64,000 nt of DNA from Bacteriovorax stolpii (GCA_945881775.1 CAMCVE010000005.1:54281-118280); one strand, 5' to 3'. Numbered from the stretch's first letter, positions 52,826-62,353 are shown. Program-made: numbers and translations. Notes: generated by a model not told the origin, from the letters alone.

Positions 52826-54049
52826 ATGCTTCGACACCAAGACAAAAAAGCCGTCCAGTTTTTTCTCCTCACAAACTTCATCGGTTTTCTCGTAGGCCTT
52901 TACACACTTTGGCATCACGTCTCAATCAACACCAATGCGCTGGAGCGGGCCTCGTTCTGCAACGTCAGCTCCTACATCAACTGCGATGCCGTAGCTCTCT
53001 CGCCTTACAGTGCCGTCTTTGGGTATCCAGTCGCAGGACTACTCGTCATCTTTTATGGCGTGCTGATGATGCTCGGACTCGCTCTTTACTTTGCGGAGTT
53101 CGGAGCCAGCAAACCTGCTAAAGATGAAAATGAGCTGCACAAGCTACGCTCTTCAATCTTTGTTCTGAGCAGCTTCGCACTAGTGCCCACAGCTGCGCTT
53201 GGGCTCATCTCGGTGTTTGTCCTCAAACTGCTCTGTTTGTTGTGTCTAACGAGCTACCTGATCAACGTCGTGATCTGGTTCTTTGCGCTGCGTTTCTACC
53301 GCCGCAACCCCAAGACGGAAAGCATCCACGCACTTCCCCCCAAGACCAGTCGCATTTCAGCGGGGATTGTTGCCGCCGTGCTCGCGCTTAGTCCTTTCAT
53401 GATCAAAGGAATTGTGGGCGGCGGAGACATCGACGACAACGTCCTCAACTCGGCCCTTTACTCGCACTTTTCTCAGGCGCCTATGACGATCTCCACGGAG
53501 GGATCTCCCTCTTTTGGCCCTGCGGACGCCAAGGTCACAGTTGTCGAATACAGCGATTTCCAATGTCCCCACTGCGCGCGTGCTTCGACGGTGGTCCCTC
53601 AAGTGGTTCGTGCCTTTTCCCAAGCACGCTTTGTCTTCAAAAACTTTCCGCTGGATCCCAACTGCAACCCCACGATGCAAGGCCGCGGACATCCTCTGGC
53701 CTGCTTGGCCGCTAAAACTGGCCATTGTGTCTTCACATCTAAAGGAAGTGACGCATTCTTTGACTACGAAAAAAGCGTCTTCGCCAAACAAGCTGAGCTG
53801 AGCGCGCCACTCATCGAAGAAATCGCTCTGATTGGGGGCCTCTCAAAGGAAGCCCTCAAAACCTGCGTCGAAAGCCCCGAGGTTCATGCGGTCATGGTCG
53901 CTCAATCCCAAGAGGGTAAGGCCATTGGAGTGACCGGGACCCCTGCAATTTACGTTAACGGGCGCAAGCTCGACTACGGATCGGTGGCTAAAGTTCTCAA
54001 GACCGTGATAGAGCGCTATTCGGAGAACACCTCGAATGCAGGAAAATGA
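52826..54049 (+). CDS. VKOR-DsbA fusion: vitamin-K-epoxide-reductase-like membrane domain fused to a periplasmic thioredoxin-fold DsbA-like domain
   Basis: N-terminal 5-TM region with loop cysteines (FCNVSSYINCDAV) and in-membrane CLLC. C-terminal domain with CPHC active site (VVEYSDFQCPHCAR). Confidence 0.7.
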   Translation: MLRHQDKKAVQFFLLTNFIGFLVGLYTLWHHVSINTNALERASFCNVSSYINCDAVALSPYSAVFGYPVAGLLVIFYGVLMMLGLALYFAEFGASKPAKDENELHKLRSSIFVLSSFALVPTAALGLISVFVLKLLCLLCLTSYLINVVIWFFALRFYRRNPKTESIHALPPKTSRISAGIVAAVLALSPFMIKGIVGGGDIDDNVLNSALYSHFSQAPMTISTEGSPSFGPADAKVTVVEYSDFQCPHCARASTVVPQVVRAFSQARFVFKNFPLDPNCNPTMQGRGHPLACLAAKTGHCVFTSKGSDAFFDYEKSVFAKQAELSAPLIEEIALIGGLSKEALKTCVESPEVHAVMVAQSQEGKAIGVTGTPAIYVNGRKLDYGSVAKVLKTVIERYSENTSNAGK

Positions 54050-55397
54050 GAACCCGTTCGAACGCCCCGATCCAACGCTCGCCGAGCTCATTACAGAGTT
54101 CGAAGAGCTGTTGCCGGCGTCTTGTGCGGACATCCTAAAAGAGAAAGAAATTCCATTCATTCGTGATGTTCTGATCGGCGTCGCCGAGAACCAAGCTGGC
54201 GAAATTTTTAGCCACTTCACACACGAACTTCAACTCTCTCTTAGCGAGCTACTGAGCGCGCGCCAACTCACCACACTTGTCACTCATATGTCGCACGACG
54301 AGCGTGTCGACTTCTTTCAAATGCTCCCGGAAGAACGCCAAGAGTCGCTGTTTCGTCGACTGGCGCAAAGCGAACGTGACGACATCATTCGCCTAGGAGC
54401 TTACGAAGAAGGTACAGCCGGAGCAGCAATGACCTCCGAGTACGTGACGCTTCCGATCCAGGCCACGGCCGCTGAAGCTATTGGACGTTTGCGCCGCGAA
54501 GCCCCCGAGAAAGAAACCATTTACGAGTCCTATATCGTCGATGAAAACCGCAAACTCATCGGCGTCGTTTCTTTGAAAGACCTGATTCTTGCCCCCATGA
54601 ACCTACCTCTCTCGGAGATCATGCGCACAGATATTATTTTCGTGCGCTCCTCAGATGACCAAGAAGAGGCCGCTCAAAAAATTGCGAAATACGACCTCAT
54701 CGCAATTCCAGTCGTTAACGACTCCGAGGCTCTTGTGGGAATCATCACCCACGACGACGTCATCGACATCTTGACCGAAGAGCACACCGAAGACATGGAA
54801 AAGCTGATGGCTCTGACGTCGTCGGGAGGAGAGTACCTCTCCACATCTTCGTGGCATCACTTCAAGAGGCGGGCAACTTGGATCGTCTCTCTTGCGGCCC
54901 TGGGCCTCGCTTCGGGATTTATCCTTCACGCCAACGAAGCCATTCTCGATAAGTTTGTCATTCTCGCCCTCTATATGCCCATGATGGCCGATACGGGTGG
55001 ACACATTGGCGGTCAGTCCGTGGCCGTTCTTGTGCGCGCGATCGCCACGGGCGAAGTTAAAGTCAAAGACACCCTGCGGGTCTTCTGGAAAGAAGCCAAG
55101 ATCGCCGTGATGATGGCCATTGTTCTAGCCGTTCTCGCTTTCGGAAAGATCATGATCCTCTCGAGTCCTTCCGAAATTCCTGCCGGCTTTTCGATGGTCA
55201 AGATTGCGCTCACAATCACTCTAGCGCTTGTGGTTCAGGTTTTCACTGCCACCTTTATCGGCGCGGGACTTCCGCTACTGGCCGAGAGATTCAAACTCGA
55301 TCCCGCTATTGTGGCTGCGCCTGCTCTCACAACGATTGTCGATATCGTGGGAATTTTCCTGTACTTTAAGATCGCGACTGCGATCATATTCAACTGA
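54036..55397 (+). CDS. mgtE: Magnesium transporter MgtE
   Basis: 453 aa. MgtE_N, tandem CBS, 5-TM C-terminal domain with MPMMADTGGHIGGQS. Confidence 0.9.
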   Translation: MQENENPFERPDPTLAELITEFEELLPASCADILKEKEIPFIRDVLIGVAENQAGEIFSHFTHELQLSLSELLSARQLTTLVTHMSHDERVDFFQMLPEERQESLFRRLAQSERDDIIRLGAYEEGTAGAAMTSEYVTLPIQATAAEAIGRLRREAPEKETIYESYIVDENRKLIGVVSLKDLILAPMNLPLSEIMRTDIIFVRSSDDQEEAAQKIAKYDLIAIPVVNDSEALVGIITHDDVIDILTEEHTEDMEKLMALTSSGGEYLSTSSWHHFKRRATWIVSLAALGLASGFILHANEAILDKFVILALYMPMMADTGGHIGGQSVAVLVRAIATGEVKVKDTLRVFWKEAKIAVMMAIVLAVLAFGKIMILSSPSEIPAGFSMVKIALTITLALVVQVFTATFIGAGLPLLAERFKLDPAIVAAPALTTIVDIVGIFLYFKIATAIIFN

Positions 55398-55413
55398 TCG
55401 AAAAACCCTACGC

Positions 55414-56307
55414 CTAAGCGAGCTGATGAGTTTCGTGGATTTCTACGACCCAGTATCTCGGTCCCACTTTGTCGGGATTGTCGGCGAGATAGATGCCTGC
55501 TCGCGTGGGCAGAGGCAAGAGGCTCTCGTGAAGGGAGGTTTCGAGTTGTTCGCGCAACGTAGCCCAAGGATTTCCCTTGCGAGGCCAGAGCACACCCCAC
55601 ACCACGCCTTTTGAAAGCTGCATCATGTCCCAGTCGCCCGTACTATCTCCCGCAACAAAATAGACTTCCGGAATATTTTCCATTTCTAGGACTTTGCGCT
55701 TTTGCTCGGCCCATACAATCCCGTGAGGACCGTGAGACTCTCCGAACACACCATCGACAACATTCAGCTCTGTCGCAAAAACCCGGTCCTCGGTCATCCC
55801 GTAGTCACGCGCGACCGAGTAAACACTAAGCTTGGGACTTCCGCTGACAACATAGGCTCGCTTGGCCTGAGCGCGCAAAAGTGTGCCCATAGGCTCAAGG
55901 CGCCGAAGGTTTCCCATTCCCAGTGCCATCTCAAGGACCTTGTCGACGATCTCCCGAGCGACATCGCACGGAAAGCCCGCCATCAGAGTGGTTTCCATTT
56001 CAAAAATTTCTTGGTAGCCCATCTTGATTGCCTGTTCCCCTCGCATGCGTTCAAAGTCAGGGAAGTTCATGTCCCTCAGGATGGAGGGTTTCCATTCTGC
56101 AGGAACACGATCCGGACTCACCAGTCCGGAGCGAAGAAGACCCCAGGCTGCCTGGGTGCCCACATCTCCCCTCATGAGGGTGCCGTCCCAATCGAAAATC
56201 CATGGGAGTCCGTTTCCGATTTTTTCGTACGTTTTAGTGACCCACTCGACAGCTTGGTCGGGAGAGATGAGTTTCCATTTATTAGAGAACATCGAGAATC
56301 CCTTCAT
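55414..56307 (-). CDS. HAD-superfamily hydrolase (subfamily IB-like)
   Basis: 297 aa. Motif I IFDWDGTL, motif IV-like VAGDSTGDWDM. Last gene of a three-gene minus-strand unit. Confidence 0.6.
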   Translation of the reverse strand: MKGFSMFSNKWKLISPDQAVEWVTKTYEKIGNGLPWIFDWDGTLMRGDVGTQAAWGLLRSGLVSPDRVPAEWKPSILRDMNFPDFERMRGEQAIKMGYQEIFEMETTLMAGFPCDVAREIVDKVLEMALGMGNLRRLEPMGTLLRAQAKRAYVVSGSPKLSVYSVARDYGMTEDRVFATELNVVDGVFGESHGPHGIVWAEQKRKVLEMENIPEVYFVAGDSTGDWDMMQLSKGVVWGVLWPRKGNPWATLREQLETSLHESLLPLPTRAGIYLADNPDKVGPRYWVVEIHETHQLA

Positions 56308-57355
56308 GTGAACAGGCCACTCGCATCCAGCGCCAATCTTTGGAAAGTGGCTTCACCGCAATCGCCTTGTCGCGACTTTTTTGGTCTGCAAAAACAACCA
56401 GCAAACACCCACCACCGCCAGCTCCGCAGGCTTTGACAGAAACGGCGCCTAGGGTCTTAGCCCATTTGCCCGCTTTCTGGAGGACCGGTGCGTTGACGGC
56501 GCGGCTCAACTTCTGGCGCGAGGCCCATTCATCTGCCACGCCACGAATCCACGCTGATGTGCGCCCGGCTTCGAGATCTGTACTCATTTTTTTTGAAACA
56601 GCCTGGATCGCATCCAGAGCCCTGCGCACACGAGGTTTCTTGCTGATGAAATCTTTGTAAACTTGCCAGTTATTGATGCCCGAGTGGTGGGGCTTACCGG
56701 TGTAGATGAGCGCCATGCGAGACGCAACGTCGTCGGCGCGAGAAGCCCCGTGCTTAGAAATCTCACGACGAGCGACTCCCAATCGGAGGCTCAGAAGTCC
56801 CCCAAAAATGGCTGGCACATAGTCTTGGTCGCCAGCGGGATGTTCGATCTCAATACCCTCGAGATCACGCAACGTCTGTTGGAAGCCCCAGGGATTTTCA
56901 TGAATCTCCTGTTGATGCCCACTCACCTTGGCCAGCGCAGCTCCGAGAGCGACCCCGAGCGTCGACGATCCACCAAGACCCGAGCCCGGAGGCACCTCGC
57001 TCCAAGAAGTCACGAGCCAAGTTCCGCTCCCTACCTTCCACTGTCTCAGAAAATGTTCGACCACGCGCTCGACCCAGCGGAGCGGGTTGTCTTTGACGGA
57101 TTTGGCCACGGAGCGCGAAAGAGAATTCATCGAGGCGTGCTTGCGCTTGCGTTTTAGATCGCGACTTTCGACAATGAGCTGAAACTTGTCGGATGGGGTG
57201 AACTGGACCTCAGCATGAGCAAAGAGCTCGAGAGCCATGTTGTTGAGGACAAGCCCCTCGGGATAGAAAAGATATAGAGGCCAAAGATCGAGGGTGCCAC
57301 CACTCAAGTCGATGCGACACGGAGCTTTCACGTGGACGGTCTTAGTCAAAAACAT
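56282..57355 (-). CDS. GHMP-family sugar kinase (HddA/fucokinase-C-like)
   Basis: 357 aa. N-terminal KAPCRIDLSGGTLDL, GHMP motif PPGSGLGGSSTLGVAL. 26-nt overlap with the HAD gene. Confidence 0.7.
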   Translation of the reverse strand: MFLTKTVHVKAPCRIDLSGGTLDLWPLYLFYPEGLVLNNMALELFAHAEVQFTPSDKFQLIVESRDLKRKRKHASMNSLSRSVAKSVKDNPLRWVERVVEHFLRQWKVGSGTWLVTSWSEVPPGSGLGGSSTLGVALGAALAKVSGHQQEIHENPWGFQQTLRDLEGIEIEHPAGDQDYVPAIFGGLLSLRLGVARREISKHGASRADDVASRMALIYTGKPHHSGINNWQVYKDFISKKPRVRRALDAIQAVSKKMSTDLEAGRTSAWIRGVADEWASRQKLSRAVNAPVLQKAGKWAKTLGAVSVKACGAGGGGCLLVVFADQKSRDKAIAVKPLSKDWRWMRVACSHEGILDVL

Positions 57356-57374
57356 AGACGTCTTATCCTAGCCC

Positions 57375-58211
57375 TCACATGAAGATTTTCAAAACGTCGC
57401 GGATATAAAGTGCGACCGCCTCACCCACAAGAACCATCACGCAGGCCGCGTACAAAATCCCGGTAGCGGACTGGGTGGCGCGACGAGACACAGTATCGCG
57501 AACCATGAGCGCAAGGACCCAAGGAGCAATGATCCCCCAAATGAGTCGCATCGAGACAAGAATAAGTCCGTAGCTTCCCAGCTTGAGCCACAAATCGCCT
57601 TCGAGCGAAAAGAGGGAGTTCGAAGGATTGAGCTTAAGGAGAAAATCTGTGTTCGTCGCATCTTCGCCGAGAGGTCGACCCATGGGATCAATAACAGGAG
57701 CGCTCGCTATTTGAAGGCGCAGCACGATCGCCCAAAGCGCCTCGAGCGTCTTTGCCGTGAGCCCAATAAAAAGAAAGGTCATGAGGCGCCCGAGCTCCCG
57801 AATGTGCATGCCCGGCACGTTCAAAAACCAGTGCCCGAGGAACTGACCTCCGAAAAAGCCGCCGAGGATTAGCCCGGAACTGAGGAAGTGGAGGACACCT
57901 TGCACACCCGTGCTCGCAAAAGCCACAAAGGGTGCGGCCACAAGGAGAGCGAATCCCAGGAGGCGACCCCACCGTGCGTAGACCCGTGCATAAAGCTCAA
58001 AACCTGCGGCGGCTAGGGTCATGGCGCCGAGCACCTGCCACGAGTGATCGGAAAACCCGCCGAGTAAGAGTGCCGCAGCAGCCAGACCCCAAACGAATCG
58101 CGCCGCGATTTTGACGAATTTCTCTGATGATTCGGTACGGCGAACAAAGACGACCGAGAGAGCAAATCCCCAGAGAAGACGAAAGAGCAATTCAAAACCT
58201 AGCGTCGCCAT
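57375..58211 (-). CDS. Polytopic membrane protein of unknown function, first gene of the membrane protein-GHMP kinase-HAD hydrolase operon
   Basis: 278 aa, 7-8 hydrophobic helices rich in Gly and aromatics. No known motif. Confidence 0.45.
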   Translation of the reverse strand: MATLGFELLFRLLWGFALSVVFVRRTESSEKFVKIAARFVWGLAAAALLLGGFSDHSWQVLGAMTLAAAGFELYARVYARWGRLLGFALLVAAPFVAFASTGVQGVLHFLSSGLILGGFFGGQFLGHWFLNVPGMHIRELGRLMTFLFIGLTAKTLEALWAIVLRLQIASAPVIDPMGRPLGEDATNTDFLLKLNPSNSLFSLEGDLWLKLGSYGLILVSMRLIWGIIAPWVLALMVRDTVSRRATQSATGILYAACVMVLVGEAVALYIRDVLKIFM

Positions 58212-58311
58212 GTTACCTTAAGTTCCTAGAAGCTAAGAAGATAGAGCGGTGTCGCCACCCTCGCAAGGGGCGACTCGATTTAGCTTCCGAGCGACATCGG
58301 GAGGAAACAAC

Positions 58312-60327
58312 TTGGAACATTCGATCGGCTTCGTGATGGACTGGCGCCTCTTTTATGTGATTGCCCTTGCCATGGTCTGCGGAACTCTCGCCTTCAAGGA
58401 CTTCCGAAAAATCTGGCTCATCATGAGCGTCGGTCGCGCAGAGAAGCTCACAGACAACCTCGGAGAGCGTTTGTGGCTGGTGTTTAGGAACGCCGTTTTG
58501 CAGACGAAAATGTTCAAAGATTTTTGGCCCGGAGTTTTCCACGCTTTTATTCTCTTTGGCTTTGTTGTCGTGACTCTGGGGACCGGAGAGCACCTGATTG
58601 ACTCCGTGATTCGTGGTTTCTCTTTCTCGATGATCCTCGGCCCCCTCTATGCCCCGCTTGTTCTTCTCCAAGATGTTTTGCAATGGGCGATCGTCGTAGC
58701 CGTGGTGTACTTTCTCACTCGCCGCCTCATCACCAAGCCGGCTCGCATGTCTAAAAATCCGCTTCACAACCGAGACGGCTTGATCGTTCTGGCCTTCACC
58801 TCGGGACACATGCTGGCGGACATTCTCACCTATGCGTTTCTGGTTCGCGCGGGTGACCCCCATGGACAAGCTGCCTGGCGCCCTCTCTCAGAGGCGCTCT
58901 CTCAGCTTTTAGTTTCGATTGATCCTTCAACGGCACAAACTCTGGGCTGGGTTTTCTGGGCGATTCACGTTGCGACGGTTTTCTTGTTCCTGATGTACAT
59001 TCCTCATTCGAAACATTTGCACGTCATGACCGCAGGACCCAATATGTTCTTTGCGCGGCTTGAGCCCCGAGGCCAGCTCTCAAAGATCAATTTTGAAGAC
59101 GAGACTCAGACAACCTTCGGAGTTTCAAAACTTCCCGAGTGGTCCTGGAAAGATATTCTCGACGCCTACACTTGTACGGCGTGTGGACGCTGCAATGAAT
59201 TTTGTCCCACCACAATTACTGGCAAGCCCTTGCAGCCCATGAAACTTATTCAGGATCTCAAAGTTTACGCACAGAAAACGGGCGACGCCTTTGCAAAAGA
59301 CCCCGCCCTCAGCGAAGAAACCCCCATGATCTCAGAAGAAAGTGGTCTCTCTTACGACACCGTGTGGGCCTGCACCACCTGTGCGGCTTGCGTCGAGGCG
59401 TGCCCTGTGATGATCGAGCACATCGATAAAGTGGTCGATATGCGTCGTGCGCTCGTGCTCATGGAAGGCCGCATGCCCCAAGAACTCCAAAACACTTTCA
59501 CAAACTGGGAACGCCAGAGCAACCCCTGGGGAATGCCCTCGGATTCTCGCGATGCTTGGGCCCAAGAGCTTGGAGTCGCACGTCTCGCCGACAAGCCCGA
59601 AGCGGAATATCTCTTCTATGTAGGCTGTGCAGGCAGCTTCAACGATCGCAACAAGAAAATTTCCACAGCCTTTGTGAAGATTCTGCAGAAAGCTGGCGTT
59701 GATTTTGCGATTCTCGGCAAGGAGGAACTCTGCAACGGCGAAACTGCGCGCAGGGCCGGCAACGAGTATCTCGCCAAGACGATGATCGACGCGAACATTG
59801 AAACCCTGAAGAAGTATTCGGTGAAAAAGATCCTCACCACCTGTCCTCACTGTTTCAACACCATGAAAAACGAGTATCCTGAGTTTGGTTTCCGCGCCGA
59901 AAGTGTTCAGCATCACACCGACTTCATCAACACACTTATGAAAACCGGAAAGCTTCAGGTCCAGGCGAAGAAGGACTCCGTAAAGATCGCTTTCCACGAC
60001 TCGTGCTACTTGGGCCGCTACAACAGCGTTTACGAGGAACCCCGCGACGCCCTGCGCGGCATCGGCGGCGTCGAAGTGATTGAGATGCCTCGCAACCGCA
60101 AAAAGGGCCTCTGCTGCGGAGCTGGCGGTGCGCGCATGTGGATGGAAGAAACCATCGGCAAACGGATCAACGTAGAGCGCGTCGAAGAAGCCCTCGCCAC
60201 AAAACCTGATGTCATTGCGGCAGGCTGTCCCTTCTGCCAAGTGATGCTCGAAGACGGTGTGAAAGAAAAAGCTTCACCCACCCTTGTGCGCGACGTCGCC
60301 GAAATCATTGCGGACCAAATTGGTTGA
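58312..60327 (+). CDS. Membrane-bound heme-b/Fe-S oxidoreductase: NarI/HdrE-like N-terminal domain fused to an HdrD/GlpC-like CCG domain. Probable TTG start at 58312; the ORF-track ATG is at 58249.
   Basis: GGGAGGA 7 nt upstream of the TTG. 5 TM with conserved His. Two 4Fe-4S ferredoxin motifs (CTACGRCNEFCP, CTTCAACVEACP). Two CCG domains (CPHCFNT...CCGAGG, GCPFCQ). Confidence 0.75.
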   Translation: MEHSIGFVMDWRLFYVIALAMVCGTLAFKDFRKIWLIMSVGRAEKLTDNLGERLWLVFRNAVLQTKMFKDFWPGVFHAFILFGFVVVTLGTGEHLIDSVIRGFSFSMILGPLYAPLVLLQDVLQWAIVVAVVYFLTRRLITKPARMSKNPLHNRDGLIVLAFTSGHMLADILTYAFLVRAGDPHGQAAWRPLSEALSQLLVSIDPSTAQTLGWVFWAIHVATVFLFLMYIPHSKHLHVMTAGPNMFFARLEPRGQLSKINFEDETQTTFGVSKLPEWSWKDILDAYTCTACGRCNEFCPTTITGKPLQPMKLIQDLKVYAQKTGDAFAKDPALSEETPMISEESGLSYDTVWACTTCAACVEACPVMIEHIDKVVDMRRALVLMEGRMPQELQNTFTNWERQSNPWGMPSDSRDAWAQELGVARLADKPEAEYLFYVGCAGSFNDRNKKISTAFVKILQKAGVDFAILGKEELCNGETARRAGNEYLAKTMIDANIETLKKYSVKKILTTCPHCFNTMKNEYPEFGFRAESVQHHTDFINTLMKTGKLQVQAKKDSVKIAFHDSCYLGRYNSVYEEPRDALRGIGGVEVIEMPRNRKKGLCCGAGGARMWMEETIGKRINVERVEEALATKPDVIAAGCPFCQVMLEDGVKEKASPTLVRDVAEIIADQIG

Positions 60328-60515
60328 ATCATGATCTCAATGCATTTCGAAACCATCGCACAAAGGCTAAATCTCAAGCGCTCGAGCCAAGCCATTTTGG
60401 GCGACGTGCACGGACAACCCAGCACGTAGGCTCCTTTAGCGCCTATCTCCAGCTCCTTCAGACCGAAGCGGCTCCGATGGATGTACTTACGGCTTTGTTG
60501 CGATAATATTTTTCG

Positions 60516-60540
60516 TAATGCGTTTTTTAATGCGCTTTTA
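60516..60540 (+). repeat. Direct repeat TAATGCG(T/C)TTTT x2 in the AT-rich promoter region of the lipoprotein gene
   Basis: Two TAATGCG copies spaced 12 nt apart, each followed by a T-run, about 70-90 nt upstream of ATG 60609. AAAGGGAG ribosome-binding site before the start. Confidence 0.3.
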
Positions 60541-60608
60541 ATTGGCATCGCGTTATTCTTTAGCTATCCCCTAAGCAAGTCCTAAAAAAACCAAAGGGAG
60601 AACCGTCT

Positions 60609-61292
60609 ATGAAATTTCAGAATTTAGTCCTCGGAATCTGTCTCGTCGCTCTGGCTGCGTGTGGCAAACGTCTCGAAGGAAGCATGCAAGTTTCCAGCAA
60701 CCTCACGATCAACTCTACAAAAGGCCAAGTCTCTGTCCCTGCCGGCACCTACTCCACCGTCGTCAACGCCACTTCTTCGTCTGCGACCGTCGTCATGCAA
60801 ACTCAATCGAACAAAGTTTCCTTCAAGCTTCCTGCGATCCGTGAACTCAATGACCGTTGGGGTGAAGGCCGCATCTACCTTAAAGCCGCTCAAATCGGGC
60901 AGAACTTCGACATCGACCTCAACCTCGACGTCACCTCGAGCGACTCCTCCCGCACCAGCCGCACCGAAAGCTGCCTCTACGACACTCGCACCTACCAAGA
61001 CTGGGTTTGCCGCGAAGTCCGAGTCGACGACGACTGTCGTCAGAAGCCCGGAACCAATGGCGACACGCGCAGCGACTTCAATTGCCGCCCTGTCTACCGT
61101 CGTGAATGTGGTTGGGAAACCCGGACCGAAACCATCTACGGCCAGCGCACCGTTTACGGCTACTACAACACCATACGTCGCTCGGGAACCTTCAAGATCA
61201 TCCGCGGCGGAACGACCGTGGCTCGTCTTCTGGACAACAAGCAGAGCAGCACGAACTGGATCGAAACCGATTCAGATCGTTGCCGTCGCTAA
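60609..61292 (+). CDS. Cys-rich secreted lipoprotein of unknown function
   Basis: 227 aa. Signal peptide with lipobox LAAC. Cysteines in the C-terminal half (CLYD..C.EVRVDDDC..., CRPVYRREC, C-terminal CRR). Strong ribosome-binding site. Confidence 0.55.
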   Translation: MKFQNLVLGICLVALAACGKRLEGSMQVSSNLTINSTKGQVSVPAGTYSTVVNATSSSATVVMQTQSNKVSFKLPAIRELNDRWGEGRIYLKAAQIGQNFDIDLNLDVTSSDSSRTSRTESCLYDTRTYQDWVCREVRVDDDCRQKPGTNGDTRSDFNCRPVYRRECGWETRTETIYGQRTVYGYYNTIRRSGTFKIIRGGTTVARLLDNKQSSTNWIETDSDRCRR

Positions 61293-61311
61293 TTAAGAAG
61301 CGAAAACTTCT

Positions 61312-62223
61312 TTAAGCGCCGCCAAGGGCTTCGTGGATCGCCGCTCCTTCGGGAGTGGCAGGGTCTACGAGGCCCTTGAGTTTTTTTGCGTCGTCGAGCA
61401 CGTCGTCACGTTTTAGCTTGCGAGCAGCTTCAAAAGCCGAAGCGAGAAGTTGCTTCAAATCTTCCAGACTGCGCAGATCTAGCTTTCGGATCTCCGCCAA
61501 ATTAAACATTTCTTTGAGGGTTGCAACTGATCCTTCGTCTCCAACCGATGCGAGTGCGACGGCCGCATTCCAGCGCACTTCTCGCTCGGGATCTTTCAAC
61601 AATTGTTCGACAGCGGTCTGACTGCCCTCACGATCGTACTGCACAAGAAATGTGGCCGCGATTTTGCGAAAAGAAGGATCCGCGTCGTTGAGCCAAGTGC
61701 GCGGCTCTGCGAGGGTCTCAGGCGTGCGCGATTCGGGATTTTTAGAGAGGATTTCGATAAATGCCCACGCGGCGTAGAAACGAATTTCTGGATCTTTGGA
61801 ATTGATCTCTTCACGAATCGAAGGCAAGGCCTGAGCTGTGCCGAATTGCCCGAGGGTCAGGAGCACGTATTTCTTAAAGCGAAGATCGGATCCATGTTCT
61901 TTCTGCAGGCTCACCAGCGCTTCAAAGAGCTGCTGTTTCTGTTCGGGACTGACCTTTGTGTCCCACTCTCCGCGACTCTTCATGCGTTGAAGCTCTTGGG
62001 AAAGTGCGTAGACAGCCTGCCAGCGATCACCCGAAGAGCGTGCCATTTTTACGGCTTCAATGCGCGCCGGAACGTCCTGAGGCTTTCTCTCGAGAAATCC
62101 TCCAATGAGGCTCCAAGACGCCCAGACAATAAATCCCAGACAAGGAAGCACGAAAAACAGGAGCATATGGGATGCAGCCGGTGAAGCGGCCTTATGGGGG
62201 GGCTGATTTGGGGTCGTCGACAT
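61312..62223 (-). CDS. Membrane-anchored HEAT-repeat (PBS-lyase-like) protein. Start at MSTTPNQPP; the ORF-track start at 62340 is less likely.
   Basis: N-terminal TM (MLLFFVLPCLGFIVWASWSLIGG), then HEAT-like repeats (DPEIRFYAAWAFIEI, DPEREVRWNAAVALASVGDEGSV). Confidence 0.55.
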   Translation of the reverse strand: MSTTPNQPPHKAASPAASHMLLFFVLPCLGFIVWASWSLIGGFLERKPQDVPARIEAVKMARSSGDRWQAVYALSQELQRMKSRGEWDTKVSPEQKQQLFEALVSLQKEHGSDLRFKKYVLLTLGQFGTAQALPSIREEINSKDPEIRFYAAWAFIEILSKNPESRTPETLAEPRTWLNDADPSFRKIAATFLVQYDREGSQTAVEQLLKDPEREVRWNAAVALASVGDEGSVATLKEMFNLAEIRKLDLRSLEDLKQLLASAFEAARKLKRDDVLDDAKKLKGLVDPATPEGAAIHEALGGA

Positions 62224-62353
62224 AAATTCCCTTCTCTTCCCTGGGGCCTTTTCAGTCAAATATCTCACACGGATTCCGAAGCTTAGGGGCAATCGACACT
62301 TAAGCATTAACCCACTTGCACCGAAAAGAGGTCTAACCATTCAGGGGAGACAC

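Noticed and set aside
53990-54050. Possible Mg2+ (M-box) riboswitch leader for mgtE
   Set aside because: mgtE overlaps the 3' end of the VKOR-DsbA gene by 14 nt, so there is no untranslated leader in which a riboswitch could reside.
58213-58869. 218-aa minus-strand ORF upstream of or overlapping the HdrED-like gene start
   Set aside because: It overlaps the N-terminal membrane domain of the Fe-S protein on the opposite strand. The product is hydrophilic and low-complexity, and I accepted no promoter or ribosome-binding evidence for it.
59332-60240. 302-aa minus-strand ORF inside the HdrED-like gene, plus the 172-aa ORF at 60030..60548
   Set aside because: Both are antisense to a gene with unmistakable Fe-S and CCG motifs in the sense frame. 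They have no ribosome-binding site or domain signal.
60661-61296. 211-aa alternative-frame ORF overlapping the lipoprotein gene
   Set aside because: Same strand but a different frame from the lipoprotein ORF, which has a signal peptide, lipobox and strong ribosome-binding site. The alternative product is a Ser/Thr/Pro/Ala low-complexity string.
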